In this document: piece by piece, positions 63,201 to 64,000 of the stretch
Numbering within the stretch: position 1 is the first letter of the stretch
How the letters are laid out: each line of letters opens with the position of its first letter
Assembly (NCBI RefSeq): GCF_964204865.1
Contig: NC_135253.1
Coordinates: forward strand, 14,508,001-14,572,000
Source: Styela clava
Lineage: Eukaryota
Direction of reading: 5' to 3'
Length of the DNA stretch: 64,000 nucleotides
Notes under the pieces: generated by a model
Told to the model about the DNA's origin: nothing
The model's database searches: none
What the model saw: only the letters and a program-made list of their open reading frames with translations
Program-made: the position numbers and the translations under genes

Positions 63201-64000
63201 CCTTTTTGATATGGTCCAGAATGTTTTAAAAGATAAGTTGGAATACTAATTTTTAATTTATTTTTGTCTGGAGAGATCGTGAGCTATGAGCCATACATGT
63301 CCCCACCCCCGCGAGAGAATAGGATTCACGTGTTTTTAGCTATTTATCAGCTAAACTAGCTCAACTAATTTGGCTATTTTCGCTGTCAAATTTTTATATT
63401 GACATTTTTAATATTACATAGTTTTTATGAAAAAATATATCAACACAGCACATAACAAAAAGCAACTAGGCGCCCAGTTTTAAATCATACAGTGGAATTG
63501 GGGTCCTTCCTTATTAACGGCACATGGACTTTTGGCACGGGTATAAATTCTGACTGTTTGTCGTCAAGTACGAGTGTCATTTAGTCCGTCGACATCGATA
63601 AACTAAATTCCGACACAATTATCCCACTACACAGGTATTAATTTTAATTCTGCTTAACTACACGATTTCTTTATAGATATATTGACTTGTCCGCCTAGCC
63701 ATAGACTGTCTCAAAATATAAGATAGCAATTGTAAAATATTATAAAATAGTGAAGTAAAAAAACATTCTCAACGGTTATCGGTGGGCCTTCTTTTTGTCG
63801 GTGCTGATTGATATTCTTTCATGTTGGCTTTGACTTATTGCGTCGACGATTACGATTAGCCACTAAATTAAATATTTGTAAAATGCTTTTAATTTGAACG
63901 TAGGACGGCGGCGCTAGAATGTGTGGGTGATATTCGATATTCTTTTAAACACGAATAACGATATTCGAAGCTCGCGATATTAACATTAAATTCAAATTGG

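Overview
Eukaryotic, AT-rich, intron-containing animal DNA. Compact GT-AG introns and chordate-type pannexin and SLC7 sequences suggest an invertebrate chordate such as an ascidian; the organism is an inference. The main content is a cluster of pannexin/innexin-superfamily large-pore channel genes that the ORF track shows only as fragments. I reconstructed four complete six-exon genes by hand: B (11671-14908, -), C (16602-21290, +), D (22539-25975, -) and E (41235-44904, +). There is also a two-exon truncated copy, A (7519-8050, -), lying next to the LTR of a BEL/Pao retrotransposon, and a dead exon-1 relic (8718-8872, -). Between D and E lie two paralogous three-exon genes for an unrecognised 110-117 aa protein, X1 (-) and X2 (+). 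They form a mirror-image block D<-X1<- ->X2->E, which looks like an inverted duplication of a two-gene small protein plus channel module. The channels have atypical extracellular cysteine sets, an exon-4 cytoplasmic loop of very variable size and very short C-tails. The right end holds a 12-coding-exon SLC7A9-like amino-acid transporter light chain. The rest is transposon debris (hAT, MULE-like and DINE-like elements, one triple-nested insertion) and minisatellites. Exon boundaries come from splice consensus, reading-frame continuity and paralog comparison; no database search was run.
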